From Promethearchaeota archaeon Loki_b32 (GTDB lineage Archaea; Asgardarchaeota; Lokiarchaeia; Sigyniarchaeales; SOKP01): DNA of 64,000 nucleotides. Numbering within the stretch: position 1 is the first letter of the stretch; each line of letters starts with the position of its first letter. Location: NCBI GenBank assembly GCA_005223125.1, contig NJBH01000003.1, forward strand, positions 128,001 through 192,000, given 5' to 3'. Position numbers and translations under genes: made by a program. Below the pieces are notes generated by a model. It saw nothing but the letters and a program-made list of their open reading frames with translations, did not search any database and was not told where the DNA came from. This document shows, one piece after another, positions 1 through 11,105 of this stretch.

Positions 1-2
1 AC

Positions 3-3000
3 ATAAGATTTTTTAAATTATCTGAATTAGTTAGTTGGTTTCTATTCTCATTGCTTTTATCTTATTATATTGCTTCAATCTTTATTATTGAATTAGTGCT
101 AACCCCTACAAATTTACTAATACTAAGTTGTTCCTTGTTTGTTTTTTTTATTTTAAGTGTTTATACATTAGTTCTGGTATCTTCTTCTATCCCAAAACTT
201 TCAAACTTAATTAAGTATCAAGATATCATTATTTACGGAATAATTCTTTCGATATCATCTATATTTACTTTTTTAAGTCTTTCAACCAATCTTTTTGCTT
301 TTATATTTCCAGGACTAGTATTATTAGAATCATCAATGCTTATTGGTTTTTTTGCAACTTTATTTCTCTTGTTTTTAATTCTGTGTGATAACTTTATAGA
401 GTTTAAACTTACTCAGGTAAAGATTATCTGTGAGTTAACCACATGGCTGATTATAAAAATAATATTATGTATTTTCATTTCTTCTCTTATAGAAATTTTT
501 GCATATCAATTTTTTATTATAAATAAAATATTTTTGTTTTCATTAATTTTCACATTTCTTACACCCATAAGTCTTTCACTATTAGAGAATTCGAGGTTTA
601 TTTCAACAAAAAATAAATTTTTAATGAAAAAAATAACTGTAATTGCATTTGCGATTTTTTTACTAAGTTTATATATTGAAGTCCTATACATTTTAACATT
701 ATCGATTCCTATCTTTTATCAAAATACATTATTACAAATCACATCTATTACAGCTAATCTGGTTATATTTGTATATTATTACTTTTTAAGGTTTAATGAA
801 GTAACAGAAGAACCTTCTACTTCTAAAATATATAAGTTATATTTTTTATCATCGATATTATTCGTGTGTCTTCTTTATTCAAACTCAATTTTGATGATTT
901 TTCTAATATTTTTCTCATATACAATTGTTCTATCGCAGAGAAGTATAATTCCCATTACACGATTTCTATTGTATTTTTTACTAAGTTTTGTTGCTTTCAT
1001 TGAAATTATTATAATTCTAAATTTTTATGAAGTTATAACTGGATTTGATATAGTGTTTGTTGGTATTTTCATAGATATTTATATTTTAACCACAATTTGT
1101 GTTTTGTTTTTCTCAATCTTGTTAAATATAAAGAAGAAGAATAATCTAGAAAAAATTGCTTTGTATGCGCTCATTTCTCTTTTAACCTTCTTTACTTTGA
1201 TGATCTTTACCAACATCTTAGTAATTTACAATATAACAATTTCAATTTTTGTATTTTTGCTATTCATGGGAATTTTCTTCTACCGTCAACAAGATGAGCG
1301 ATACAAATGGTTTACTAAACCCTGCGTAATTTTATTTATCTTTGATGCTATCAGCTTTATGTCATATTCTTGGCTTTTTAATAATCAAATTTTTAGGGCA
1401 TACAATCCTATCCTAACTTTTACTCTTACTATGAGTATAACAGGATTGGGATTTGTTCTTTTGTATAATTCTGCACCTGCACGATTTAGGAAGAAATCCT
1501 TCTATATTGTATTAGCTTCGATTGTTATCTCTTTTCCAACTTTTATATATTTCCTTATAATCTCTTCCTTATCTATGTCTTTTGGAGCTGTAGTCCCTTT
1601 AATAGTAGCAATTAATTTAGGAGTTTTTCTATTTTATCTTTGTATTGGAATTTATCAATGGAAAATATCATGGGCGATTTGGAAATCTGGATGGTATATT
1701 TGGAACATTCTACCCTTTGTTAACTTTTTAATCATCTATGAAAGTTTTACAGGGATAGATGTTTTTACTGATTCATTGCAATTTGGATTATATAACGTTC
1801 ATGGTTCATTAATTATATCGATAATAATATCCTCGTTATTCTTTTTACCAGTATTGTACACTAAAATAAAGAAATACTTTTTTCAAATCATATTTATTAT
1901 TTGGGGAGAAAGTTTATTCTTGCTCTATTGGCTTAGCTTAAACTTATTTGATTATGATCTTTTATTATTAAGGAATTTATCTTTTATTTTATTTTCAGTC
2001 ATTCTTTTGATGCCCCTATTTGCGGGATTTAAATATTGGAAAATTGTGTCAATTTTATGGCTATTATTAATACTCATTAATGCAACTTTTTTGTTATTTT
2101 ATTTATCATCAATTGGTATCATTATGGAAGTTACAATTTCAATTGACATCTTAGTTATAGGGTTATTTTTAATTGTCTATTCATTTTTCCCTAATATTAG
2201 GTCAATAGGGGTCGTTTTGATAACTGCGTATTTCATAACTTTATCAGGTATATTCTTTACAATTTATTTTATTCTCTATTCTATAATTTTAAATCCCTTA
2301 TTTTCTGTGAATATTAGTTTTATTGTAGTTGGATTTAGTCTTTTTTCCTCAAAATATATAAAATTATCAAAAAGAATTATAGATTTATGTCTCTCCTGGA
2401 TTCTAATTTTTAATTTCTCATGGCTGACTTTCAACACATTTAGCTTATTTCCAGGGTTAATTATATTTGCATTTTCTCTAGCTTTAACCGTTTTTGGATG
2501 CTCCTTTTTTATATTTAATCGTTATAAAATGAAAACTAATATTAATATTATAATTCCATACTCAATTATTACCATTGGAGCATCATTGTCAATAACTTCC
2601 CTAATTTCAATTATTTTCAAAGCATCACCAGGGGTTTTAGTTTCTACGTTTTCTTCAGTGTTTATTCTGTTTTTGTACTTTCTAATTAGGGAGTATCGAT
2701 ATGTATTGTGGTTTGGTTTTCCAATTCCTATAACATCACCGATATTAGAATTATTGTTAAGATTTGATGTTATCCAACCTTTTTGGTTTTTAACTTGGGC
2801 AATGTTATATCTCATTACATTTCAGATTTTAATTAATATGTTCAAAAATTATATAAAAGAAGACATACCAGATTCTATAGAAGAGGAAAAACCAGATTCT
2901 TCAAAAGAAGAAAAATTAGATTCTATAAAAGAGGAAACACGGAATTCTGTGAAGGAGGAAAATCCAGATTCTGTAAAAAATGAAAAACCAAAAACAAAAA

Positions 3001-5804
3001 ACAGCTTATTTAAGATTTATGAGGATAAAAATCAATTAAAATGGTTTAACTTTACATGTTTTCTATTAAATTCAATTTTTATTTCACTATTTATATCAAT
3101 CATTTTCCCATATTTAATTAAACAGATAATTTTTACTCAAATTCTATTAATTTACCAGATATGCGATTTTCTAATAATATGGTCAATATTATTTTTATTT
3201 TGTATAAAATATGTCGAAAAATCAGAATTAGATATAAAAATAAAGGACCAATTAATCTATTTCAATAAATTTAGTATTGTACTTTATATTTTAATTCCAT
3301 TGTCTTCAGGAATTAATCTTTTGCTTTATCTTTTTCTTATAAACACAGATTTTCTCATTTTAATTTATTCATTTTTATTATTAGGAAGTGGAATTGCTTT
3401 TATAGAGGGATACATAATTGATAGACGCCACTTTTATTTTCTGTTTGATTCAACACGAAATAAGTTTACATTGTGGTCATGGTTGGTTTTCAGTAATACA
3501 TTTGCACTCTTCTTTTATGTATTATATTCAAATATATTCTTCTTGGTATTAACAATTTCAATCTTAAATATTATCTCTGTTCATTTCTTATCTTATTTAG
3601 ATATTGGACAACCAAAAATTTCTACTTACCGATTAATTCTTATTTATAATTCATTCATTTGGAGTTCTTTTTATATAGCTTCTCTAATTTCAGAAGGATT
3701 ATTAATTCTTTTTGAAGGATTAAATGAATTCACTTATTATTCAATGTTATTTCAAAACTCTTTTCTATTCTTATATATTTTCAGTCATTTTTTCATTAAA
3801 TTTGAAAAAACTCTTAAAAATTGGGTTGAATTTACTCTTTTCATCACTTTCCAAGGATTACTAGCAATTAACCTGATCCTCATATTCACAATATTTACTC
3901 CCTTAAATTTTCTCATGGTAAATTTAATTATTTTAGTAGAAATATGTCTTACATTTAATCCTATTAAGTTATTTGACAAAATTTTGTCAGAACAAAAATA
4001 TCCGAACTTCTTGGATAAAATGTATTCGATTTTAGTCTTGTTCTTATACTGTGAAATAAGTCTAATGGTTTATGGGTTAACCTTTGAAGTTATTGGAGTA
4101 TTTGAGAGTATACTTTCTTCTCTATCGATATTATTAATTTTAACGTTATTTGATATTTATTCAATAAAAAAAATAAAGAGAAGCTATGCTACATTTGTTC
4201 ATACGATTAGTTTTTTTACGATCTCAATCATGCTACTTTTAATTTTAAATCAATTTGTAAATCAATATCCATTCTTATTCAGTTTGGAGTTTTTTATTTT
4301 TCTAATTATGCAATTCTACACGAATTTTTCTCTTTTTAATTCATTAAAATTATTTTACCAAAATAAAGTGGATGCTCTTGAAAAACTTCAAAGCTCAATT
4401 CAACGCATATTAGGGACTGCATTCTACGCTATGCTATGCTTTTTTATATTACAATCATTAATTTTACAACGGATTGAATTCCAATTGATCTTGTTGATTT
4501 TGAGCATCGTAATCCATGTGCTAATGATTATTGATAACTCTCTTTTAAAATTTATTGGAAAGGCTACTAGTTATGCAAAGTTAATATCCTGGATCTTTAT
4601 TATGACATTTACATCAACTTATCTAATCTGGATTTATAATACTTATTTTATATCATTCTTCTTTACAGTTATACCCATCGTTATTATTATTCTTATCCTT
4701 GAGCTCGCATATCTTTTTAGACTATTTTCTTTTTGGCAGTTAATTGCTTCAAATAAAGAAAAAATTCGATTTAATCTAATTCTTGTCTCTTATGTCAATT
4801 TTATTACATGGCCTTTGTATTTTTCTAGCTTAAATCCATTTCTTATTCTTAATCTATTTCTAGCTTCTTTTTTCATTATGTTATTAATTACTTTAATTGA
4901 TAATATTTTAAAAGAGAAATTCCGAAAACTTTTGAGATCCTACTCATTTCTAATGGTTGGGGGGTTAGTGTCCATTGATTTGTACATATTATTAGATACA
5001 ATTCCAAATTTCAATATTTTCCTAAATTTAAGCATATCATCTTTAATCTTTGTAATCTTCTTAATTATCTTAGTCAAACCATTTAAAGAGCATTCGGTTG
5101 TAGCATTCGTCTATTGGATTGTAACTTTCTTTTTACTGAGTTCAATTATTTATCATGTTTCATTAACTTTTATCTTTAGTGGTGTAATTTTTGGCTTATT
5201 GTTTTTAGCCTATCCATTTGTTTTCCTTTTGGAAGAATTAAGAGAGCTCTTTAATAAATTTATAGATATTATAGCTAAATTCTTTAAAAAACTCAAAACC
5301 CTAATTAAGACCATCTTTAATAAGATAGGCAATTTTATAAAAACTCATTTCAGATTAATTTGGGCAATTATCAATTTATTCATTTCAATATTCCTTGGTG
5401 TTCTTTTTTCACCCAACGAATATATTGGATTAAATTTATTAAATTGGATCCACTCCACACTTTTAATTTTTCCTCTTTTTGGCCTGCTATGCTCACTCAT
5501 ACCTTCTAAAAAGTCTGACGATGCCGATATTAGATTTAAACGTAGAATGTTTCGTTTAGTTATCAGTTGGGGAAGTATTATTATAGTGATGTTTGCTTTT
5601 ATAAACCCTGACTGGTATATATTTACTATTTGGATATCAATTTGGATTATAGGGGCCATTCTATTACCCTATATGATTTTTAAAGAAAAAAGAGAAAATA
5701 TTTCAATAAAATGGCGCTTTTATACACTCATTATATTAATATTCCTTCTTGTTTTATTTGGAATAATATTTGGGACACAAGTTTATGTGAATTTATTTTC
5801 TTAA
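3..5804 (+). CDS. Giant polytopic membrane protein, 5' partial
   Basis: Frame is open from base 3 (ATA AGA TTT...), so the true start lies upstream of the window. More than 1900 aa of near-continuous hydrophobic segments. Confidence 0.85.
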   Translation: MRFFKLSELVSWFLFSLLLSYYIASIFIIELVLTPTNLLILSCSLFVFFILSVYTLVLVSSSIPKLSNLIKYQDIIIYGIILSISSIFTFLSLSTNLFAFIFPGLVLLESSMLIGFFATLFLLFLILCDNFIEFKLTQVKIICELTTWLIIKIILCIFISSLIEIFAYQFFIINKIFLFSLIFTFLTPISLSLLENSRFISTKNKFLMKKITVIAFAIFLLSLYIEVLYILTLSIPIFYQNTLLQITSITANLVIFVYYYFLRFNEVTEEPSTSKIYKLYFLSSILFVCLLYSNSILMIFLIFFSYTIVLSQRSIIPITRFLLYFLLSFVAFIEIIIILNFYEVITGFDIVFVGIFIDIYILTTICVLFFSILLNIKKKNNLEKIALYALISLLTFFTLMIFTNILVIYNITISIFVFLLFMGIFFYRQQDERYKWFTKPCVILFIFDAISFMSYSWLFNNQIFRAYNPILTFTLTMSITGLGFVLLYNSAPARFRKKSFYIVLASIVISFPTFIYFLIISSLSMSFGAVVPLIVAINLGVFLFYLCIGIYQWKISWAIWKSGWYIWNILPFVNFLIIYESFTGIDVFTDSLQFGLYNVHGSLIISIIISSLFFLPVLYTKIKKYFFQIIFIIWGESLFLLYWLSLNLFDYDLLLLRNLSFILFSVILLMPLFAGFKYWKIVSILWLLLILINATFLLFYLSSIGIIMEVTISIDILVIGLFLIVYSFFPNIRSIGVVLITAYFITLSGIFFTIYFILYSIILNPLFSVNISFIVVGFSLFSSKYIKLSKRIIDLCLSWILIFNFSWLTFNTFSLFPGLIIFAFSLALTVFGCSFFIFNRYKMKTNINIIIPYSIITIGASLSITSLISIIFKASPGVLVSTFSSVFILFLYFLIREYRYVLWFGFPIPITSPILELLLRFDVIQPFWFLTWAMLYLITFQILINMFKNYIKEDIPDSIEEEKPDSSKEEKLDSIKEETRNSVKEENPDSVKNEKPKTKNSLFKIYEDKNQLKWFNFTCFLLNSIFISLFISIIFPYLIKQIIFTQILLIYQICDFLIIWSILFLFCIKYVEKSELDIKIKDQLIYFNKFSIVLYILIPLSSGINLLLYLFLINTDFLILIYSFLLLGSGIAFIEGYIIDRRHFYFLFDSTRNKFTLWSWLVFSNTFALFFYVLYSNIFFLVLTISILNIISVHFLSYLDIGQPKISTYRLILIYNSFIWSSFYIASLISEGLLILFEGLNEFTYYSMLFQNSFLFLYIFSHFFIKFEKTLKNWVEFTLFITFQGLLAINLILIFTIFTPLNFLMVNLIILVEICLTFNPIKLFDKILSEQKYPNFLDKMYSILVLFLYCEISLMVYGLTFEVIGVFESILSSLSILLILTLFDIYSIKKIKRSYATFVHTISFFTISIMLLLILNQFVNQYPFLFSLEFFIFLIMQFYTNFSLFNSLKLFYQNKVDALEKLQSSIQRILGTAFYAMLCFFILQSLILQRIEFQLILLILSIVIHVLMIIDNSLLKFIGKATSYAKLISWIFIMTFTSTYLIWIYNTYFISFFFTVIPIVIIILILELAYLFRLFSFWQLIASNKEKIRFNLILVSYVNFITWPLYFSSLNPFLILNLFLASFFIMLLITLIDNILKEKFRKLLRSYSFLMVGGLVSIDLYILLDTIPNFNIFLNLSISSLIFVIFLIILVKPFKEHSVVAFVYWIVTFFLLSSIIYHVSLTFIFSGVIFGLLFLAYPFVFLLEELRELFNKFIDIIAKFFKKLKTLIKTIFNKIGNFIKTHFRLIWAIINLFISIFLGVLFSPNEYIGLNLLNWIHSTLLIFPLFGLLCSLIPSKKSDDADIRFKRRMFRLVISWGSIIIVMFAFINPDWYIFTIWISIWIIGAILLPYMIFKEKRENISIKWRFYTLIILIFLLVLFGIIFGTQVYVNLFS
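2856..2990 (+). repeat. Degenerate 24-bp coding tandem repeat (~5.5 units)
   Basis: KEDIPDSI/EEEKPDSS/KEEKLDSI/KEETRNSV/KEENPDSV/KNEKP. Confidence 0.8.
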
Positions 5805-5833
5805 TAGACTCCTAACATTTAAAAATAATGACT

Positions 5834-5855
5834 TAGGACCGGTTAGACGGTTCTA
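5834..5855. promoter_or_regulatory. Inverted repeat upstream of the liv operon, possible operator
   Basis: TAGGACCG-gttaga-CGGTTCTA, GC-rich in an AT-rich spacer, about 40 bp before a TTTAAATATA TATA-like box. Confidence 0.4.
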
Positions 5856-5989
5856 GCGATTTTTTACATATCTTCTCTAAAATGAAAAGTTGAAAACTTT
5901 AAATATATGTTAAAATGAACTAATATTTGTAGATATTAATTTAAACATAAAAATTTAATAAAAAAAATAATAAAGAAGTGATCTAATAT

Positions 5990-7429
5990 ATGGAAAAATT
6001 AGCAAAAAGAATAATAGCAATTGTTATTATTGCGGGTCTTGGTGTAGGAGGAGGATTAGGAGCTTGGTTTCTCTTTTTAGCACCAGGTGCTGGGGAATAC
6101 TCTTGGAGTTCCAAAGATTGTCCTGGAGCTCCATCAGGAATAAGTTCTGATCAAATAATTAAGTTTGGAATTACAGGTGATGTGGGTGAAATAACTGGAG
6201 ATGGTGCTTGGGAAGGGTGTTATCTTGCTGCAAAAGAAATAAATGAAGCAGGTGGTATTAAAATTAATGACACTACTTATTATATTGGGGTTACAAGGGA
6301 AGATAGTGATGAAGCTAATCCTAATTTAGTTACATCAAGAGGAATTGCTGCTGCAGAGAGATTAGTTTATAATAAAAAGGTTCAATTCGGTATTGGAGGT
6401 TTCAGATCAGAAGCATTATTGGCATATCAAGAAGTTTTCATGGATAATGAAATCATCTTTATTAATACTGGTGCTGCCACTGATGTTTTCTGTGAAAATG
6501 TTAGATCTTGGTATACGAGATACAAGTACTTCTGGAGATCCATGCCTATAAACTCATCTTCATTGGGTGAACAAATCTTTAATTATCTTTTTAGGTTGAT
6601 ATATGTTTTGAACGCGACATATTCTGGAGAAATTGCAAATGTTGGAATAATTTACGAAGATTTGACCTGGACAGAAGACTTGGTTACAGGGATTGAATAT
6701 TACTTTGGTCCTTATGGACCTTTGCCAGCATATAGAAATATGCTTACGGCAAATATCCCATATGATGTTACCTTAACTGCTGCAGACATGCTTACTCATG
6801 TGAATACACTCATGGCAGCTGACTGTGATATTGTAATACCCATAATATCCGCTCAAGGTGGACTCATGCTGATGCAACACTACGCCACTCTTCAACCAAA
6901 TTTTTTGGTCGTTGGTATTGATGTACAATCGCAGTTGGATACATTTTGGACGCAAACTAATGGAGATTGTATATACGAAATTCAGATGCAGAGCATACAC
7001 GTAACCAATAAGACTCCTACTACAATACCATTTTGGAACGCTTTTCGCGCTGAGTGGGGGCACGACCCACTTTATACAGCTTCAGGTTCTTATGATGCTT
7101 TAAACTTTATTGTATGGGCAATCAACGAAACTCAATCATTACAGGCATATCCAACCCTTACTCAAAAGATGGAGACAGCTACTAAAGCAAATATACTAGC
7201 AAATCCTGAACTATTCCCATCAAGTGTTGGTGGACTTGGGGCTTACTGGCCTACTACTCATGATCTTGTAGCAGGATATCCATTTGGGTTTACTCTATTT
7301 TGCCAATGGCAAGCAAACGCAACTAAAGTGATCATGCCATCATATAACTCTGTATACATTGATAGTCAACTTTCAAACATAGGAACATTGATATTACCAC
7401 CATGGCTTATTACAGATTGGACTACATAA
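5990..7429 (+). CDS. livK: ABC transporter substrate-binding protein, LivK-like, N-terminally anchored
   Basis: LAAKEINEAGGI motif, N-terminal hydrophobic anchor, upstream of livHMGF-like genes. Confidence 0.85.
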   Translation: MEKLAKRIIAIVIIAGLGVGGGLGAWFLFLAPGAGEYSWSSKDCPGAPSGISSDQIIKFGITGDVGEITGDGAWEGCYLAAKEINEAGGIKINDTTYYIGVTREDSDEANPNLVTSRGIAAAERLVYNKKVQFGIGGFRSEALLAYQEVFMDNEIIFINTGAATDVFCENVRSWYTRYKYFWRSMPINSSSLGEQIFNYLFRLIYVLNATYSGEIANVGIIYEDLTWTEDLVTGIEYYFGPYGPLPAYRNMLTANIPYDVTLTAADMLTHVNTLMAADCDIVIPIISAQGGLMLMQHYATLQPNFLVVGIDVQSQLDTFWTQTNGDCIYEIQMQSIHVTNKTPTTIPFWNAFRAEWGHDPLYTASGSYDALNFIVWAINETQSLQAYPTLTQKMETATKANILANPELFPSSVGGLGAYWPTTHDLVAGYPFGFTLFCQWQANATKVIMPSYNSVYIDSQLSNIGTLILPPWLITDWTT

Positions 7430-7467
7430 TTAAAGAAATGAAATTATAATTTAAATAATAAATATCA

Positions 7468-7476
7468 TTTTTTTTT
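7468..7476 (+). terminator. Oligo-T archaeal terminator candidate
   Basis: T9 run shortly after the livK-like stop codon. Confidence 0.35.
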
Positions 7477-7644
7477 ATATTTTACTAAAATAAAATTCCC
7501 TCTTAATTGTATTTTTTTTACTTCTTTAAATAAATTTGACAACATTTTTGTCTAGAAATAATCAAAAGGTTAGCTTTATAAAAAATGAGATAGAATTATA
7601 TTTATCAAATATAAAATAATGAACAATCACCAGAGTAAACAATT

Positions 7645-8535
7645 ATGATTGTAGATATAATGAATATGTTATTTAATGGCACCTTAACTGGTGCTGTATA
7701 TGCATTAATTGCTATGGGATACTCCTTAGTCTATGGTGTAGGAGGTATCATGAATTTATCTCATGGAGCATATTTTATGCTAACAGGGTATTTACTATTA
7801 TGGATGTTACAAACTCCATTTTTCATTGGTCTTGAATGGTTAACTGTTGTTTTTGCTTTAATTATAATAACGGTTATTGGAGGACTTACATTTTTACTCC
7901 TAGTAAAGCCTCTACAGGATTCCCATGTAGCTGTTGTTATTGTTACTTTTGGATTAGCGTTCTTGTTGGAACAAGTAGTATTAATTTCTCCCTCCGGAAC
8001 TGAAGTATGGTCTATTGGTCAATTACGATTGTTCCAAGGATATACGATGGTTTTCGGATATCCTATTGTTCATCAGTATGTTTTTCTCATCGTTATGTCA
8101 ATCGTAATTGTTTTATTATTTGCATTATTCATTAACAAATCCAAACTCGGGAAATCAATTAGAGCAGTCTCACAAGATCGTGAGGCTGCTGGACTTATGG
8201 GGATAAATGCTAGTAGAATTCTCTTATATACTGTTATGATTTCAGCACTTCTAGCAGGTTTAGCTGCTTTTCTGTATTTGCCAGGAGCTTCATTAGATGG
8301 CCCTTCTATGGGTTGGGGATATTTACTAAATTCATTTGCAGTTGTGATTCTAGGAGGGATGGGTAGTCTCATAGGAAGTGTAGCTGGAGCATTCATTGTT
8401 GGTTATACGATCAGTTTCACTAATGTCTTCGTTCCTTACGGTCCATCTTGGGCTCATTTGGTACCAATAATAATTATAATTGTAATACTTTTAATAAGAC
8501 CTCAAGGGTTATTTGGAAAGAAAGAACTTAGGTAA
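7645..8535 (+). CDS. livH: Branched-chain amino acid-type ABC permease
   Basis: YALIAMGYSLVYG..NLSHG, GKSIRAVSQD, RPQGLFG. Confidence 0.9.
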   Translation: MIVDIMNMLFNGTLTGAVYALIAMGYSLVYGVGGIMNLSHGAYFMLTGYLLLWMLQTPFFIGLEWLTVVFALIIITVIGGLTFLLLVKPLQDSHVAVVIVTFGLAFLLEQVVLISPSGTEVWSIGQLRLFQGYTMVFGYPIVHQYVFLIVMSIVIVLLFALFINKSKLGKSIRAVSQDREAAGLMGINASRILLYTVMISALLAGLAAFLYLPGASLDGPSMGWGYLLNSFAVVILGGMGSLIGSVAGAFIVGYTISFTNVFVPYGPSWAHLVPIIIIIVILLIRPQGLFGKKELR

Positions 8536-8555
8536 TAGATGAAAATATTAATGAG

Positions 8556-9623
8556 ATGTATATAAAAATGTTAAATTTAAAAATAGTAAAGGAAAAAATG
8601 AATGAATTTCCAAGTTACTTAAAGTCTTGGGTTAAAACTTTCACTGGAAGCTTAACGATATTTTGTTTACTCATTCTTTTTGTCATGCCGTTTCTTTCTG
8701 CTAATCAAAGTTTTACACATGTGTTCCTGCGCCAATTTTCTCTTGCAATGATATTTGCAATTTTTGCCGCAAGTTGGGATCTTCTAACCGGCATCTCTGG
8801 ACAAATAAGTTTTGGGCATGCAATATTTTTTGGAATATCAGGATATATTTGTGCTTACTTAATTAAATATCAATCCTTCCCGATATGGATATCAATAATT
8901 ATTAGTACAGTTGTGGCAGTATTTTTTGGTTTAGCGATAGGATTTCCATTATTAAGGCTAAAAGGTCCATATCTAGCATTAGGAACTCTCGCAATGAGCT
9001 TAATTTTATTAAAATTATTTTTAATGGGTTCATTAGCAGATTGGCTTTTTGGTTCAGAAGGGATATCAGCGCTTCCGGGTTTGGCTGCAACCCCAGTGAT
9101 AGAATATTTTATATTATTTATTTTTATGATACTTACATTTGTAATTTTAATTCAAATATCAAAATCTAAATTTGGTACAATTCTAAAATCTATTAGAGAT
9201 GACGAGGTAGGATCTGATGCATCAGGAATTAATACAACTAAATATAAAATTTATGCTTTCATGTTAAGTTCTTTCTTCGCGGGACTTGCAGGTGGTTTCT
9301 ATGCTTTGTACATTGGAGCTGTAAATCCTACAGGAAATTTTGGTACCGTCCTTTCATTTTTCGCAATTCTAATGGCATCCTTAGGTGGATTAGCAACAAT
9401 TTCTGGAGCAGCTTTAGGAGCATTTTTCTTTATCTTTCTTGAATATGCCCTTATTGAGATTGGAGTTGTTGAGATTGGTAATCTTGCAATTGATTTTGGT
9501 CTTTACAAATTTGCAATATTCGCAGTAATTTTAATTGTTATTATTCGGTTTGCTGAGCATGGTATACTAAAACCATTGTTGGAACGTTTAAAAGATCTAT
9601 GGGATTTGTTGTTAGGAAGATAA
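8556..9623 (+). CDS. livM: Branched-chain amino acid-type ABC permease
   Basis: GQISFGHAIFFG, LRLKGPYLALGT, SIRDDE. Start may be a few codons downstream. Confidence 0.9.
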   Translation: MYIKMLNLKIVKEKMNEFPSYLKSWVKTFTGSLTIFCLLILFVMPFLSANQSFTHVFLRQFSLAMIFAIFAASWDLLTGISGQISFGHAIFFGISGYICAYLIKYQSFPIWISIIISTVVAVFFGLAIGFPLLRLKGPYLALGTLAMSLILLKLFLMGSLADWLFGSEGISALPGLAATPVIEYFILFIFMILTFVILIQISKSKFGTILKSIRDDEVGSDASGINTTKYKIYAFMLSSFFAGLAGGFYALYIGAVNPTGNFGTVLSFFAILMASLGGLATISGAALGAFFFIFLEYALIEIGVVEIGNLAIDFGLYKFAIFAVILIVIIRFAEHGILKPLLERLKDLWDLLLGR

Positions 9624-9657
9624 AATATATAGGTGACTTTATCAGAGGGATTTAATT

Positions 9658-10398
9658 ATGGGTGTTATTTTAGAAGTTAAAAATTTAACTAAGAAATTTG
9701 GTGGCTTAACGGCTGTCAACGATTTCAGCTTTGAAATCAAACGAGGAGAATTTATAGGGTTAATTGGTCCAAATGGAGCTGGGAAAACCACAGTTTTTAA
9801 TTTAATTAGTGGATTTGAGAAACCAAGCTCTGGAAGAATTAGATTTAATGGAATTGATATTACTGGAATGAAACCTTATAAAATTGTAAATTTAGGAATT
9901 GCGCGGACTTTTCAATTAGTAAGATCGTTTAAATACTTAAGTTTGCTTGATAATATAACAGTATCGTGTCTCTCAAAAAGAGGTAAAGAGGTTTCAAAAA
10001 AAACAGGTACTGATAATTATGCAAGTTCAATTCTTGCTTCAGTTGGTCTTATTGATAAAGCTAGAATACCACCAATCATATTACCTCATGGAGACTTAAG
10101 AAAATTACAGATTGGTAAAGCTGTTGGTACTAATCCAGAATTACTTCTGCTTGATGAACCATTTAGTGGTCTTTCTTTCGAAGAACAATTAGGAATTACT
10201 GATTTGATAAAAAAATTGCATGCTGATGGTGTGACTATTTTTATTACAGGTCATGTTCTTCGTGAACTTATGACATTAGTACCAAGAGTAATAGCAATGC
10301 ATCAAGGTAAATTCATTGCTGATGGACCTCCGGTACAAGTTGCAAATAATAAAATTGTTCTTGAAGCATATTTAGGAAGAGGTGTAAAAATTGCTTGA
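9658..10398 (+). CDS. livG: ABC ATP-binding subunit
   Basis: GPNGAGKTT, IARTFQ, LLLDEP. Confidence 0.9.
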   Translation: MGVILEVKNLTKKFGGLTAVNDFSFEIKRGEFIGLIGPNGAGKTTVFNLISGFEKPSSGRIRFNGIDITGMKPYKIVNLGIARTFQLVRSFKYLSLLDNITVSCLSKRGKEVSKKTGTDNYASSILASVGLIDKARIPPIILPHGDLRKLQIGKAVGTNPELLLLDEPFSGLSFEEQLGITDLIKKLHADGVTIFITGHVLRELMTLVPRVIAMHQGKFIADGPPVQVANNKIVLEAYLGRGVKIA

Positions 10399-11095
10399 AA
10401 TAAAAAAAATTTATCATTACTATGGAAAAGCAAAAGCCCTTGAAGAAATTAGTTTAAAAATTGAGGAAAAGGCTCTCGATGCCGTTATCGGTCCAAATGG
10501 AGCTGGAAAATCTACCCTTCTCAGAGTTATATCTGGTTTAGAAGAACCAGATAGAGGAAAAATCGAATTCCTAGGTGAGAGGATAGATAAATTAAAAGCT
10601 CATAAAATAACAAAAAAAGGAATTTCTCATTGCCCAGAACGCCGTCGGCTGTTTTTTGATATGAGTGTTGCTGATAATCTCAAAATGGGAGCATACCCCG
10701 TAAAAAATAAGGAGGTGTATAAGGCGATGAAAAATTTTGTTTATGAACTATTCCCCCGATTAAACGAGAGACGAAAACAGCGAGCTGGAACACTAAGTGG
10801 TGGGGAGCAACAAATGCTTGCCATAGCACGTGCATTGATGTCAAAACCAAAACTTCTCTTGCTGGATGAACCCTCATTAGGATTAGCTCCAAAAATAAAG
10901 AAAAGAATATTTGACGTAATCGAAAAGATAAAACAAGAAGGTACGACCACCCTACTAGTAGAACAAGATGCAGTTTTAGCAATGGATATTGCTGAAAATA
11001 TTCATCTCCTCGAAGAAGGGAAAATAGAAATGAGAGGAACTAAGAAGGAATTGGAAAAAGAACCTCGAATAAAACAAGTTTATTTAGGAATTTAG
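10391..11095 (+). CDS. livF: ABC ATP-binding subunit
   Basis: GPNGAGKST, LSGGEQQM, LLLDEPSLGLAP, VEQ. Overlaps the livG stop. Confidence 0.92.
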   Translation: MLEIKKIYHYYGKAKALEEISLKIEEKALDAVIGPNGAGKSTLLRVISGLEEPDRGKIEFLGERIDKLKAHKITKKGISHCPERRRLFFDMSVADNLKMGAYPVKNKEVYKAMKNFVYELFPRLNERRKQRAGTLSGGEQQMLAIARALMSKPKLLLLDEPSLGLAPKIKKRIFDVIEKIKQEGTTTLLVEQDAVLAMDIAENIHLLEEGKIEMRGTKKELEKEPRIKQVYLGI

Positions 11096-11105
11096 GTGAT
11101 TTAAA

